DNA of 63,884 bases, filler included, from Octopus bimaculoides (taxonomy: Eukaryota), in the NCBI RefSeq assembly GCF_001194135.2. It is 6 parts of 5 records of this genome, joined end to end, with 100 filler letters (N's around TTAATTAATTAA, not from the genome) between each part and the next. Parts side by side here need not be neighbours in the genome. Positions count along the whole stretch, not along the records: positions 1 to 29,196 come from NC_068988.1; positions 29,297 to 49,206 come from NC_068982.1; 4 more parts are not named here. One strand, written 5' to 3'. Below the pieces are notes generated by a model, which was not told the origin of the DNA, did not search any database, and was given only the letters and a program-made list of their open reading frames with translations. This document shows, piece after piece, positions 28,095 through 40,122 of the stretch (position 1 is its first letter; every line of letters starts with the position of its first letter). A program made the translations under genes and the position numbers.

Positions 28095-28833
28095 AATGCT
28101 AAATAAATGACAGCGCTTCATGTGTCAGTGAATTAATTCTAGACTACAATGAAGAAGTTTACTATTGGCACTCAATTTCTCCGTGTACAAAAATCAAAGA
28201 AATATTAAGTGCCTTTCTAATAAAAGAAAATTGTATTTTGACCAATAAGTCTTTTTTGTCATCATTACAGTTTTCTTTTTGAGAAATCTCATTTAAATTG
28301 AAATAGTATTCGTACAGAAAAACGAAATCGATTCATTTACATTTACACAATAAGTCATGTAGTTTAAACATCTAATAAAAATCATAATTAATTTACATTT
28401 TATTATATTTCCAAGTGATTACTATGAACGTCATTAAAGCAATATCATTATGTTAATATCCTTGCGATAAAATGTTAAAAATAGGGCGCCATAGAGCGTA
28501 CAAGTTTGAGTTTCATTTTGCAACAAATGCATGCTATCACTTGCTTGAAAAAGACATTCCAGCTTTAATTTTCTTTCTTTAAAATTCAAGACGGCCCAAG
28601 AAATTGTTGTTTAGAGGATTGAGAACAGTGTTTATGGAGATATGGTTCATAATTCTGTCATTTCCTTCATTTCATGAAATTGATGTCGATTAAGTTTCTA
28701 TGCTGAATCAACTGACAATTTTTAAACGCCCTAATGCAAAATTAAATAGTTAAAAGAAAACAATAAATGCAGATGCAAACACAATAAGAAAGATACATTA
28801 AATACATTAAATTATATAGTGAGGAAATATAAA

Positions 28834-28875
<42 letters not shown>

Positions 28876-29196
28876 ACACACACACACAAACACAGTGGCA
28901 CGCCCATGCAGGCATGCGCTCTCGCGCCAGCTACAGAGTATGAAATACGAAGCAACAACCAGAAGAGAATTGCTCTCAAACCTTGTCTTAACGATAAGCA
29001 GGGGTTGAGAAACTTTTTTTAACCAATTACCCCCAAATATATTTATTTATGCTGACATTACACCCTTGGTTTGAAAGAAAGAAATTCAGAAATTCTTTGA
29101 ATTCAAAAGGTTTATTGAATCTATCTATATGGAGAATACAATTATAAATATCAAAAGTATAAAACAAATGCGATAAAATAAATATCCTCATTATAA

Positions 29197-29296
29197 NNNN
29201 NNNNNNNNNNNNNNNNNNNNNNNNNNNNNNNNNNNNNNNNTTAATTAATTAANNNNNNNNNNNNNNNNNNNNNNNNNNNNNNNNNNNNNNNNNNNN
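29197..29296. other. Artificial 100-bp scaffold-joining spacer (N44-TTAATTAATTAA-N44)
   Basis: Identical geometry at 29197, 49207, 52244, 56512 and 61508; the core 12-mer gives stop codons in all six frames. Confidence 0.97.
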
Positions 29297-29389
29297 TAAA
29301 AATTATAAAATACTTAAAATACTAAAAATATATCATGCTGAAAAATTTGAGAAAGCGGGTAAACAAATAAAGAATAAATCGACTAAAAA

Positions 29390-29694
29390 GCTATTATTAC
29401 TTCACTCACACCAAAAGGTAATAATCCATGAGTAAAACCTATGTAAGGCCAAACATAATTTTTTCTACATCTATTTTTATTTCTATACACCCTCAAAAAA
29501 GTGGAAGAGAAACTGTGATTGCAAAAGGGGATCACTTCAGCAAATTTATTTAACGTTTTGGGCCCGAAAGACCTAAGGATAGCAAGGGATTCCCTCACAC
29601 ATAGCTTACATTTATTAATATTAACCCTAAAGTTTGGGGCCCTCGAAATAATGGACCATTCCAAGGAGTGCCTTTTATTATTCCTCTTTAGAAG
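29390..29694 (-). mobile_element. Penelope-like GIY-YIG C-terminal fragment
   Basis: LKRNNKRHSLEWSIISRAP...KCKLCVRESLAIL...LNKFAEVIPFCNH, aligning to the C-terminus of the element at 18700-18907. Confidence 0.8.
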
Positions 29695-30657
29695 GTGTAT
29701 GCACCAACTGCAAATGAAGTCTCTGTTATTTTACCCTATACAAAGCAAGATGCATCCCCCTTGCATATCGTCTGGAAGGAAAGAGGAGGTGAACTAACCA
29801 TAAATTCGGAAACTCATCGTTCGTATGACCCATTGCAGTACGTTCTCTTTTTTCCTGAAGGTAACAATGGGTGGAACATCCACTTGAATATGACAAACAA
29901 TAAGCGATTGTCAATATTATGAAAATAATAAGCGATTGTCAATATTAAGAAATATTATGCCAACAGTATTTGGTCGATCAAGCTGCAAAAATCGAATCTA
30001 ATAACCTCTCTTTTTTGATACAGCATCAAGTTTATTTAAGAAGTACAACATACAAGTGACTAACGGATGCCATAAACGACAATAATGATTTTAATGACGT
30101 TGGAAAAAAGATCTTACTTCCTTCAAAATTTACTGGGGGTCTATGATACATGGCTGAAAAGCAGGTGGATGCTATGGAAATTTTGAAGAGACACAGAATA
30201 CCATCGTTGTTCATTACACTTACTTGTAATTCCAAGTGGCCACAAATTACTCAAAATCTTTTTCCTGGACAGGTAGCATCTGACAGGCCAGATTTGATTG
30301 CAAGAGTTTTCCATCTGAAGAAACACGTGTTTATGGACTTGATTGTCAAGAGAAAACTCTGGGGTGAAGTCAAAGCACATACTCATACCGCTTAATATCA
30401 AAAACGTGGCTTGCTACACTTGTATACCTTTTTTGGTCGCTAAACAATATAAGACCAAATGAGATTGACGACAAGCAGAAATTCTAGATCCAGCAACAGA
30501 TAAGGAACTACATGATTTAGTCATTGTTGATATGATTCATGGTCCATATTGTAATGCAGATTTTCCATGCTAGAAGAATGGATCATGCACCAAGAGATTT
30601 TCCCCAAAATACTTGCAAAGTACTGTCCGTGGAGAAGATTTTTATCCTCTTTATGTT
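29695..30657 (+). mobile_element. Helitron Rep-domain fragment (pseudogene)
   Basis: PTANEV, SETHRSYDPLQYVLFFPEG..GW, LPSKFTGG.YM..QVDAM, PSLFITLTCNSKWPQI..L.PGQVASDRPDLIARVF..K, YQKRGLLH (cf. FQKRGLPH), HGP..C.K.F, DFYPLY. Confidence 0.93.
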
Positions 30658-30669
30658 TTTTTCTTAAAA

Positions 30670-31900
30670 GGAAAATTACTATGCTTTCTCTTTTCCACCA
30701 GGAGTAGTATCAACGAACATGACACTAGTATTTTTTGTTGTCATACCAAGTGTTGGCCTTATTTATCTTATTACTGGTCCTTTCCGTGCTGTTCCAGGAT
30801 TTACTCCTATACAGCGGGCAGATCCCCTTAGCATCACTCTCTATGATGGCTGTGTACTTAGTCCTGGCTCTTTTATACACTCTTATCCTGTTCCTTTGGA
30901 TGTAGGCAGAGAACTGCATGCGGTGGATGAAGTGTTGTATGCGTTTTTCCAATTCCATAGAGATGCATATGCGAGACACGTTTCTCATTACTCTCACCAA
31001 GTCAGCTATCAGAATGTTGAACTTGGCGTTGTCCGCAATCGCTGCGTTCTTGTAAACAAGGTACTTAGAGGCCATAGGTTTAGCAGAATGAGAGTGAAGG
31101 ATTTGGACCTTAACGTTTTTCGTTTCTAGCCAGATCTCAGTATCTAAAACGGGTAATCCATAGTTAGGGTGCTTACTGGAGTTAGCTATTTGCTGGATGC
31201 TCTCCATAGTGTTAGCTTTTAGATCATCAACATTGTCTTGTAGGGGTGCTCTGGCTACTATGTTGATATCATCCACGTAGCGGGAGTACATGGTTAAGTT
31301 TAATGGAGTTCTCTGCTAATTTCTCTTTAAGTCTCCCATCCCATCATACCATAAATAGGTTAGCCATATCGCCATCTATACTGACACAGATGGCTGCACC
31401 TTCCTCTCAGGCGTATATCTTGTTATTAAACTTAAACATATGGCCCTTGAGTGTGGTCTTGGCACTCGCACCCACCGCATGTGTAACCATCTTTTTAACC
31501 TGATCATTATTTTCAGGAGTCCGTATAGCTCTGGTTCACCCATTCCATCTCTCTTGGGGGTCTTCTTGGCTATAGAAGTTATAGTGGTGGGGTGTCTTCC
31601 TCTTATCAATCCAGTGGGGCAGAAACAACTAAGGTCATGTTTATCTAAATACTCATTGTCGCATGTCAGTCTCAGGAGGAGGCCTAGTTCTTCAGTGTCA
31701 GCACTACAGAACTCCACATTACTCTCGTTGATCACTTCCACACATTTCTCCACAGCAAAATCAAAATCAATACTGCCTATCAGGTCGTGGGCACGGTTGC
31801 ATTCATTGATTCTGCTGAGGAAGTCCTCTTTGCTGTCACACACATCTGGGGACATTTTTATCAGGAGGCGTATGATCACTGAGAGGAAGTAGGAGATCTG
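30670..31900 (-). mobile_element. Penelope-like RT/thumb remnant of a different lineage (YVDD type)
   Basis: IGSIDFDFAVEKC, a long insert, then GAAI..S..GDMANLFMVWWD, MYSRYVDDINI, GLPVLDTEIW, HSHSAKPMASKYL, RMQFS, CPLYRSK.W, and SVMFVDTTPGG in a shifted frame. Confidence 0.9.
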
Positions 31901-32161
31901 GTAGTTGTATATATATATANNNNNNNNNNNNNNNNNNNNNNNNNNNNNNNNNNNNNNNNNNNNNNNNNNNNNNNNNNNNNNNNNNNNNNNNNNNNNNNNN
32001 NNNNNNNNNNNNNNNNNNNNNNNNNNNNNNNNNNNNNNNNNNNNNNNNNNNNNNNNNNNNNNNNNNNNNNNNNNNNNNNNNNNNNNNNNNNNNNNNNNNN
32101 NNNNNNNNNNNNNNNNNNNNNNNNNNNNNNNNNNNNNNNNNNCGATATCAGTGAAGAATTT

Positions 32162-32193
32162 CAAAAGTGGACTCCTATAGGAGTCCACTTTTG
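32162..32193. repeat. Perfect 32-bp palindrome
   Basis: caaaagtggactccta|taggagtccacttttg is its own reverse complement. Confidence 0.98.
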
Positions 32194-32297
32194 CTGGTCA
32201 TTCCTCTTATTTTTGTATGTTATATAATTTTAATCTTCGGATTTTTTTAATATGCTAGACCACTGGTTTTAATTCATTTATATCAATTTCTACCCTC

Positions 32298-32328
<31 letters not shown>

Positions 32329-32332
32329 TATA

Positions 32333-33902
32333 TGTAACGATAGACGTTAATTAGTGTAACGGTTGAGTCACCAATTTGTAACGGTAGAAGTTTATTTTTG
32401 TAACGGTTGAAATTAATTTGTAAACAATAGTATGGAACGTCGGAGTCGTATTTAATTTGTAAGGATTGGTTCTTCGTTGATTGCCATTATGTAAAGATAA
32501 AAGAACAGCGATTGAAATTTTGAAGAAAGTATTTATTTACCGTTACAATGTAAAACACCTTGCCTCGACGGGTAGGTGATAAAATCGTAAAGCATGAGAA
32601 GTAAAAAGAGATGTAGATTTTCCTTGAATAGTTTGTGTTTGTGTTCTTGTCATTGTTTAGTAGTAATTACAGATAGAAATAGAGTGATGTTATAAGATAA
32701 AAATAAAGTGAGCTAGTGAGAGTGTGGGATGAAACAACTGCTTCGTTGGTAAGTTACCATAGTTTTCCTTTTGTGCCCTTGTAGTGAAACTACCTCCCGC
32801 CATTAGATACAAACTACTATCGCCATTACATACAATCTTCTCATTTAAATATAAATAAATGCGAGCGTAGTAGAGAACCCATTCCTTGTCATCACGTGAC
32901 TGATTATTATTCGAATCGGCAAATTCTTCGAACCTTTCCCGCCAGAACGCAAACTGACCAATCACGGCCCCTAATAAGGTCACGTGATAGAGTAAAATTC
33001 TGAAGCCATCTGGGAGCTCTCTTAACGCTATAAATAGATCAACTCATATCCCACAAATTTGTCCCGGTCCAGTTTCTCTTTGAGAACTGTTCCGTGTACC
33101 ACACGACAGCAGCAGCAGTTCCAGCGACCACTTCAACAGCTTCGTCCANNNNNNNNNNNNNNNNNNNNNNNNNNNNNNNNNNNNNNNNNNNNNNNNNNNN
33201 NNNNNNNNNNNNNNNNNNNNNNNNNNNNNNNNNNNNNNNNNNNNNNNNNNNNNNNNNNNNNNNNNNNNNNNNNNNNNNNNNNNNNNNNNNNNNNNNNNNN
33301 NNNNNNNNNNNNNNNNNNNNNNNNNNNNNNNNNNNNNNNNNNNNNNNNNNNNNNNNNNNNNNNNNNNNNNNNNNNNNNNNNNNNNNNNNNNNNNNNNNNN
33401 NNNNNNNNNNNNNNNNNNNNNNNNNNNNNNNNNNNNNNNNNNNNNNNNNNNNNNNNNNNNNNNNNNNNNNNNNNNNNNNNNNNNNNNNNNNNNNNNNNNN
33501 NNNNNNNNNNNNNNNNNNNNNNNNNNNNNNNNNNNNNNNNNNNNNNNNNNNNNNNNNNNNNNNNNNNNNNNNNNNNNNNNNNNNNNNNNNNNNNNNNNNN
33601 NNNNNNNNNNNNNNNNNNNNNNNNNNNNNNNNNNNNNNNNNNNNNNNNNNNNNNNNNNNNNNNNNNNNNNNNNNNNNNNNNNNNNNNNNNNNNNNNNNNN
33701 NNNNNNNNNNNNNNNNNNNNNNNNNNNNNNNNNNNNNNNNNNNNNNNNNNNNNNNNNNNNNNNNNNNNNACATTTTGTATATCATATCTGATATATATAA
33801 TATTGTGTGTTCGACCGTGTGATACGTTTAAATAAAAGGAGTCCTCTGTTTTTCCATTCGTCACCATATCTCCTTTTTGAGTTCGCACGGTCGTCCGTTA
33901 CA
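32333..33902. mobile_element. LTR-like unit (solo or 3' LTR), spans a 622-N gap
   Basis: Termini TGTAACG(G)...CCGTTACA. On + there is CCAAT (about 32958), TATAAATAG (about 33029) and AATAAA (about 33832). On - a purine tract AAAAGAAAAGGG abuts the right terminus (33903-33914). No TSD found and orientation unresolved. Confidence 0.6.
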
Positions 33903-36900
33903 CCCTTTTCTTTTGCGACGGCGTTTTGTTCAGCCGGTCAACCAGACTCCGTTCTCACTAACTCACTTACTGACTTTTGCTTGGGGGTTCTTGCTTTTAT
34001 AACCATCCAGAAGGATAGACATATCGTTGAGAACAATAGATTTCGTTGGTGGTACTTGTTATCTTAATTCTAGCTTTTGGTGGCCTATAAGAGGTTAGAA
34101 GGGTCAGGTGGCGAAGACATTATTTTGCTTAGTTAAGGCATCTGGCAAATGTAAACTGCTGTCACAGAAAAACTATTGTTTTACCATGAGAAAAGTGATG
34201 TCGACGTGTTAATTTAAATTTGGCTATCTAGGATCGAATCTACATCATGCCTGCAAGATCCACTACGAATTCCTATTTATAAGCTTTATGCTAATTTAGA
34301 ATCTTCACTTTCTCACCAAATTTGGGACGGTGCTATACACAAAAGTCAAGGTGGAAGGCACTGTTTTGCAGGAATATGAAGCAGTGACAGGAGCAAATAA
34401 TTAATCAAATAAATACTTACAGTTTGGTACTTGAAGAGACAAGTCCCTGGTACCTGTCAGTGACATAAAGCGCTGAACTAATGAACCAATTAAGTTGCTT
34501 GAGTTCTGGTTTGAATTGGGTCACTAATCTCACAAAGAAATGGGCTGAAAAGAAGCTGTTTTTGAAAAGTCGGTCGTATTTTAACGTGTATAAAGAACAC
34601 TTTTTTTGTCAAAAGTTAGGTTAAAAAATATGGGAGTTTCTTATGGAGATAGTATTATAATCCCTTACAAAACTTTTTTTTTCCAAATTTTAAGCATCCA
34701 AAATTAGGGGTTTCTCTATACACGTTAGAATGTGGTACATCCCTTCTCTTATATATTACTGCCCGATTGTCATGCTTTGCTCCAATTTTCATCTGACTAG
34801 ATTGGAGCATCTGTTCTTTTGCATTTTGTGGAAGAGACTGGTTTCATTGATCAAGCAGTTCATCTGTTACTGAAATATTGTCAGGTGGGTGATCACATTC
34901 TCGTAACAGTTGGGTAATGTATCGATGAAATTCACACGTTAGTAATCTATAGAAGACTAGTGGTGGGAAAGGGAGATGGCCTTCTCAACAACTCTGGATG
35001 TCAACAAAAATCTAGGTGATTTGAGTTCAGAGAATATGAATATCATCTAGAAATCCTCGATCTACCAGTTCTACTGAGGGAGAGGAAGCATTGGTTTGAA
35101 ATAAATTTATAACACTTATAAATAGTTATATATTGACATGTCATGCTCCAGCTGAGACATAGAAGGATTAAAGATCAATCGTCAGGTGTCACCAAATGTG
35201 TAATGGATTTTTTGAAAAGTCCATGGAATGAATGACAGAAGAAAATAATAATTGAAGTGGCTTTTATTTTACTGTTAGAATATTAAAGACAACTGCTTCA
35301 AGTTGTTGTATAAAAAAATAATTGAATTTCTGTTCTCCATTTCAGAGGTAGTTGTGTTCATTTATGTAACTGCTAGAAGATGGGTGGAAGAAGGAGAGAG
35401 AAAAGGTAATAGAATTTACCTTTCTGGGTTCAAGAGTTGAGAGGTTGAAAGATATATAGACTTTCATTGACATATAAGAAACGCTTCTGTCAGACGCTAG
35501 GCTAAAGCGTGATATGATCTGTGGGCAAAGCACTGAGTGAAAAGGGAGAACTGAATTTAGGTTCTGTATTTATATTTTCCTACTTAAATTAGATCATGCT
35601 AAACAAAAGATTTTTTTGTCTGTTATCTGCTCTGAGCTGTATTTAATCTACAATAGGAAACAATAGAACTTCTCTAAATATGACTGTTGACTCTCATAAA
35701 TATCTTAGTGTAAATGCAAAGAACAATAGAAAGGGACTCATCGAAAAATGTAGACTGGATTTCGAATTTTGGCTCAGAATGCAGGTAGTGATTTGTTTCC
35801 AATTCTACAAGTGTGGAAATACCATCAGCTGGGTCCTGTCAAAGATGCGTGCAGAGCAATGTATCCTTTCTGCATGCAGTCATTCAGTGTCAGCATTGCT
35901 GACATGTAGAGTTTTGTTGCTTATAGGAGGAATCTGACTATTAGAGTACTTCATTGTAAAGATTGTCCTGTCACCTTCCCTTGACTAATAAGACGTATTG
36001 TTTCTCACTGGTAGAAGCAACTGAAAAGAATGACAAACGCTTTCCTCTTCAGCTAAGCCCTGGTAGGAACAGAGTTCAAGTGAGAATTGTGCCTGTACCA
36101 ATTTCAGTGAAAGAGAAGATTTTTCTGATTGTCTAAGAGAGCATCCACACCGTTCTGTACCATAACCAATCAATAACGTTTCATCGTGTGATTTATTTTT
36201 TTAGCACTGCTGGCCAGGGTGTGGTTAGTCATGATTCTTCCCATCATTTGTTTTATGCTGTACTGGCAAAGATGTCATTCATGTGTGTTTCCCGCCTTTC
36301 TCCAGAGAATTCGAATAAAAATATTGTCTATTGGATCTTTTGACAGCTAACTTCGTAAATTCTTTCTCTCATCCAAGCCAAATGTCATTGCTCACCATAT
36401 ACCACATGCTTGCATATACTTGTCGAACTTTGTATTTGGAAATGTTTTATGAACAAGACAGGTGTCTTCGTGCACAATACATTATGCTTTTACATAATTG
36501 TTGAACATTGTATTTCAACTGTGTCAATACGAAGCCAGGTGTCTTCACATACGATACGTCGTATGTTTTCACATTGCTATTGAACAGTAAAGAAGAAAAA
36601 GGTGAGGGGAAGAAAAATTGAATCACAATTTTTTAAGTAAAAGAAATAAACGTTGTTACGATGTTTCTCGTGTCTTCCACACTATTCTCTCTTTATCTTT
36701 TTCTATGTGAATATTTTCAAAAGAAAAATAACAGCCCATTATTCATCTTTCTTGTTTAACAATTTTGATTAAAAAGCAAAAACAAAAACAAAAAATAAAA
36801 ATAAAATAATGGATTTTCAATCTATAGCTGACTGAGAGATAATAGCTAACTATGTAACTTATGTCACTGGACTGTTTGGATTACACGCATCGTAATATTA

Positions 36901-36959
36901 TTAAGCAGAGATTTTTGTGGTTTTCGTCACCGTTTACAATTTTGTTCCAATTGTTTTCA

Positions 36960-37545
36960 AATATGGTATCCCCAAAACATGTACCGAGAGTGACAAAAAT
37001 CAAACATCCAGTCAACATTATATTGTTTTGGAGTGATCACTGGACGTTATGCCTCCATTCATCTTCCCACACGGCCTCAGACTCAACATGGAGGCCTACA
37101 TCAAGTGCCTGGAAGAGGTAGTGCTGCTCTGAGTCAAAAGGGTGGCTGCTGGAAGACCCTATGTCTGGAAAAAGGACTCCGACCATGCCACACAAGCAAG
37201 AGAACCCAGTCAGGCTATCAGACAATTTCTGCGACCACGTCCTCCCTAACATCTGGCCACCTAACTCCTCAGACTTCCCCCCACTTGATTATTATATGTG
37301 GGGCGCAATTGAGCGAGAGATTAACAAAACTCCTTGTAGCACCAAAAATGAACTGAAGGCAAGGGTTATGGCAGCATTCACCAACTTAAACAAGGAGATT
37401 GTCTGGAAGAGTTGCAGGAGATTCCAAAGTTGTCTGGAGGCCGTGGTGGAAGCCAATGGCGATTTTATTGAATAAATTTACTCTTTAGTATTTCGAGATA
37501 TGTTTATGTAATTTTGGTAAATACATCTGTTAAAATGAGATATCA
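36960..37545 (+). mobile_element. Tc1/mariner (maT, DD37D-like) transposase 3' fragment
   Basis: VPRVTKIKHPVNI, PFIFPHGLRLNMEAYIKCLEEVVL, WKKDS..HTSKRTQ, WPPNSSDFPPLDYYMWGAIERE..VEANGDFIE*. After correcting two apparent 1-nt deletions the last two Asp are 37 residues apart. Cut by a (TATG)n tract. Confidence 0.9.
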
Positions 37546-37576
<31 letters not shown>

Positions 37577-37616
37577 TGTATGTATGTATGTATGTATGTA
37601 TGTATGTATGTATGTA

Positions 37617-37659
<43 letters not shown>

Positions 37660-37829
37660 GTATGTATGCGTGTGTGTGTAAGTCATAACACCCGTTGCCT
37701 GGGTGTTATGACTTACAGCCACATTGTATTATTTGTTTTTTTTCTTATGAGCATATCAGCACAAGAGGAGTATGAAGCAAGCAACTATTCTGTACAAACG
37801 TGTTTTTCGGTCATTTTCTGATGAACAGC

Positions 37830-37985
37830 GCTGCAGTTTCCGTCTACCAAATTCAGTTAACAAGTCTGTGGTTGGCTTAGCGCTATAGTAGAAAATGCTT
37901 GCCCAAGGTACCATGCAGAGGGACTGAACGTGGAACCATGTGGTTGGGAAGCAAACTTCTCAACCATACAGTCATTGTTGCACCT
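37830..37985 (-). mobile_element. tRNA-derived SINE (same family as 7809), diverged
   Basis: Reverse complement of head and body: cagtttccgtctaccaaa...cttgcccaagg...gggactgaac..ggaaccatgtggttgg. Confidence 0.82.
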
Positions 37986-40122
37986 AATATGTGTGTGTGT
38001 GTGTGTGTGTGTGTTTACATTTGTTGCTAAATCGAGTGCTGATAAATATTGCTCAAGTAGAGTTGCCTTCCTTAGCTAAAGACCTCAAAATTGTGCGACC
38101 CAACCTCGTTTTCGAAGTTATTTTTGTAGTAAAAAAGAGTTGCGAGAAAAACATAATTTNNNNNNNNNNNNNNNNNNNNNNNNNNNNNNNNNNNNNNNNN
38201 NNNNNNNNNNNNNNNNNNNNNNNNNNNNNNNNNNNNNNNNNNNNNNNNNNNNNNNNNNNNNNNNNNNNNNNNNNNNNNNNNNNNNNNNNNNNNNNNNNNN
38301 NNNNNNNNNNNNNNNNNNNNNNNNNNNNNNNNNNNNNNNNNNNNNNNNNNNNNNNNNNNNNNNNNNNNNNNNNNNNNNNNNNNNNNNNNNNNNNNNNNNN
38401 NNNNNNNNNNNNNNNNNNNNNNNNNNNNNNNNNNNNNNNNNNNNNNNNNNNNNNNNNNNNNNNNNNNNNNNNNNNNNNNNNNNNNNNNNNNNNNNNNNNN
38501 NNNNNNNNNNNNNNNNNNNNNNNNNNNNNNNNNNNNNNNNNNNNNNNNNNNNNNNNNNNNNNNNNNNNNNNNNNNNNNNNNNNNNNNNNNNNNNNNNNNN
38601 NNNNNNNNNNNNNNNNNNNNNNNNNNNNNNNNNNNNNNNNNNNNNNNNNNNNNNNNNNNNNNNNNNNNNNNNNNNNNNNNNNNNNNNNNNNNNNNNNNNN
38701 NNNNNNNNNNNNNNNNNNNNNNNCAAACGGCAGCGAAACAGTTCAGAAATTAAATGACGCTAACATATTCAAGGGTTGCTAAAAGCAGCAGCAGAGGAGG
38801 AGGCAGTGGTAGCAACAACTGATGCTGGACTCTTGGGGGATGATTGATAATATACTGACCACAGAGGGATGTTAAGTATGTAGGTAGATTTAGTTTGGTA
38901 TGGTTACGGTTTAGGGTTGTTTTTTTTATCATATGGCTGTTTTTTCTTTTTACCCCCGCCAAGGGAAATTTTACCCCCGTTTGGGAAATTGGGCGATTTT
39001 CAGCATGCGTGTATATGGGTGGAAATGAGCTGCTTGACAGGGGTCTGCGCTCCCCGAGTGCTTTTCTAGTTTGTAATTAATTACTGTCCTTGAGCATGAA
39101 GAAGGATAGATGCCATTTTTTTGTTGGGATTACCACTTGGCTGTTTTTCCTTCGCCCAAATTTAATGAAGAGCCAAAAGTTTCAGCAGCCACCTAACACA
39201 GTGAAATTTGTATTTGAACCTAGTGCGAAGCTACAAAGTAATAATGTAATATATATTTACTATGAAATCTTTTGTATAATCTGGCAGTCATCCAGTCTTT
39301 TCACCTTGCACTTAAAACTTTTAAAACTGTTTAGTTCTATTTTCACCTTCAATAGATCTACAATCCTAAAAGTTAGCAATTCTTAATTAATGACGATTAC
39401 TAATTATACGTTTTTAGGTAAAGTGTATTGTAATTTAGCAAAAGAAAACTATTTTACCTGTAAAGAAAAAATAACAAACAGTGATCAAACTTTGTCGTTT
39501 AGGCGCTTAAATGTTGAGTGTCTCCAATTTGTGACTGGAATTTTGAATTCGAACGTAAGAGAAAAAAGTTTGGTGACATCCATATTTGTGTCTAGTTAAC
39601 CATTATTAATAACTAGCATACCTGTGTCGTTAAAAATGCCGACAGTTTTATTAAGGATAGAAAATGACCCATCAATACAATGGGAAAAATAATTAATAAA
39701 TGTCAGCGATAGAGTAAATATATCTACTTACACAGAACTGAAGCACTTGAATGATCAGATATAACTGGAACGTCTCGGTTGACAATATCGCCCACAAAAT
39801 GTATGTATGTGCACATACACAGAAACGCACATAGACGTACTTATAAATACATACATACATAATTATATAATATATATATATATATATAAATGAGCATACA
39901 TACATACATACATACGGCAATCTCCTTTCAGTCTACTCAAGGCTTTGCTCAGGCCTACGATATAGTAGAAGACTGTGTGTGTGTACATGTGTGTGTGACT
40001 GTGTACATACATATATACATACACACATACACACACATATGTATACACATAATACTTATATACATACATACATATAAAAAAATATATATATGTATGTATG
40101 TATATGTGTGTGTGTGTGTGTA

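Noticed and set aside
29241-29252. TTAATTAATTAA as a biological motif (homeodomain site or piggyBac TTAA target)
   Set aside because: It always sits centred between two 44-N runs, so it is an assembly spacer.
29390-29694. Idea that the ANKLE1-like exon splices to this same-strand GIY-YIG fragment to regain a nuclease
   Set aside because: The fragment holds only the C-terminal half of a PLE-type endonuclease without the GIY/YIG motifs, is unlike the ANKLE1 nuclease, and has no convincing acceptor.
32333-32426. CRISPR-like reading of the repeat/variable-spacer array
   Set aside because: An 8-nt repeat and 14-nt spacers are far too short, the context is eukaryotic, and there are no cas genes. 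Kept only as a binding-site array.
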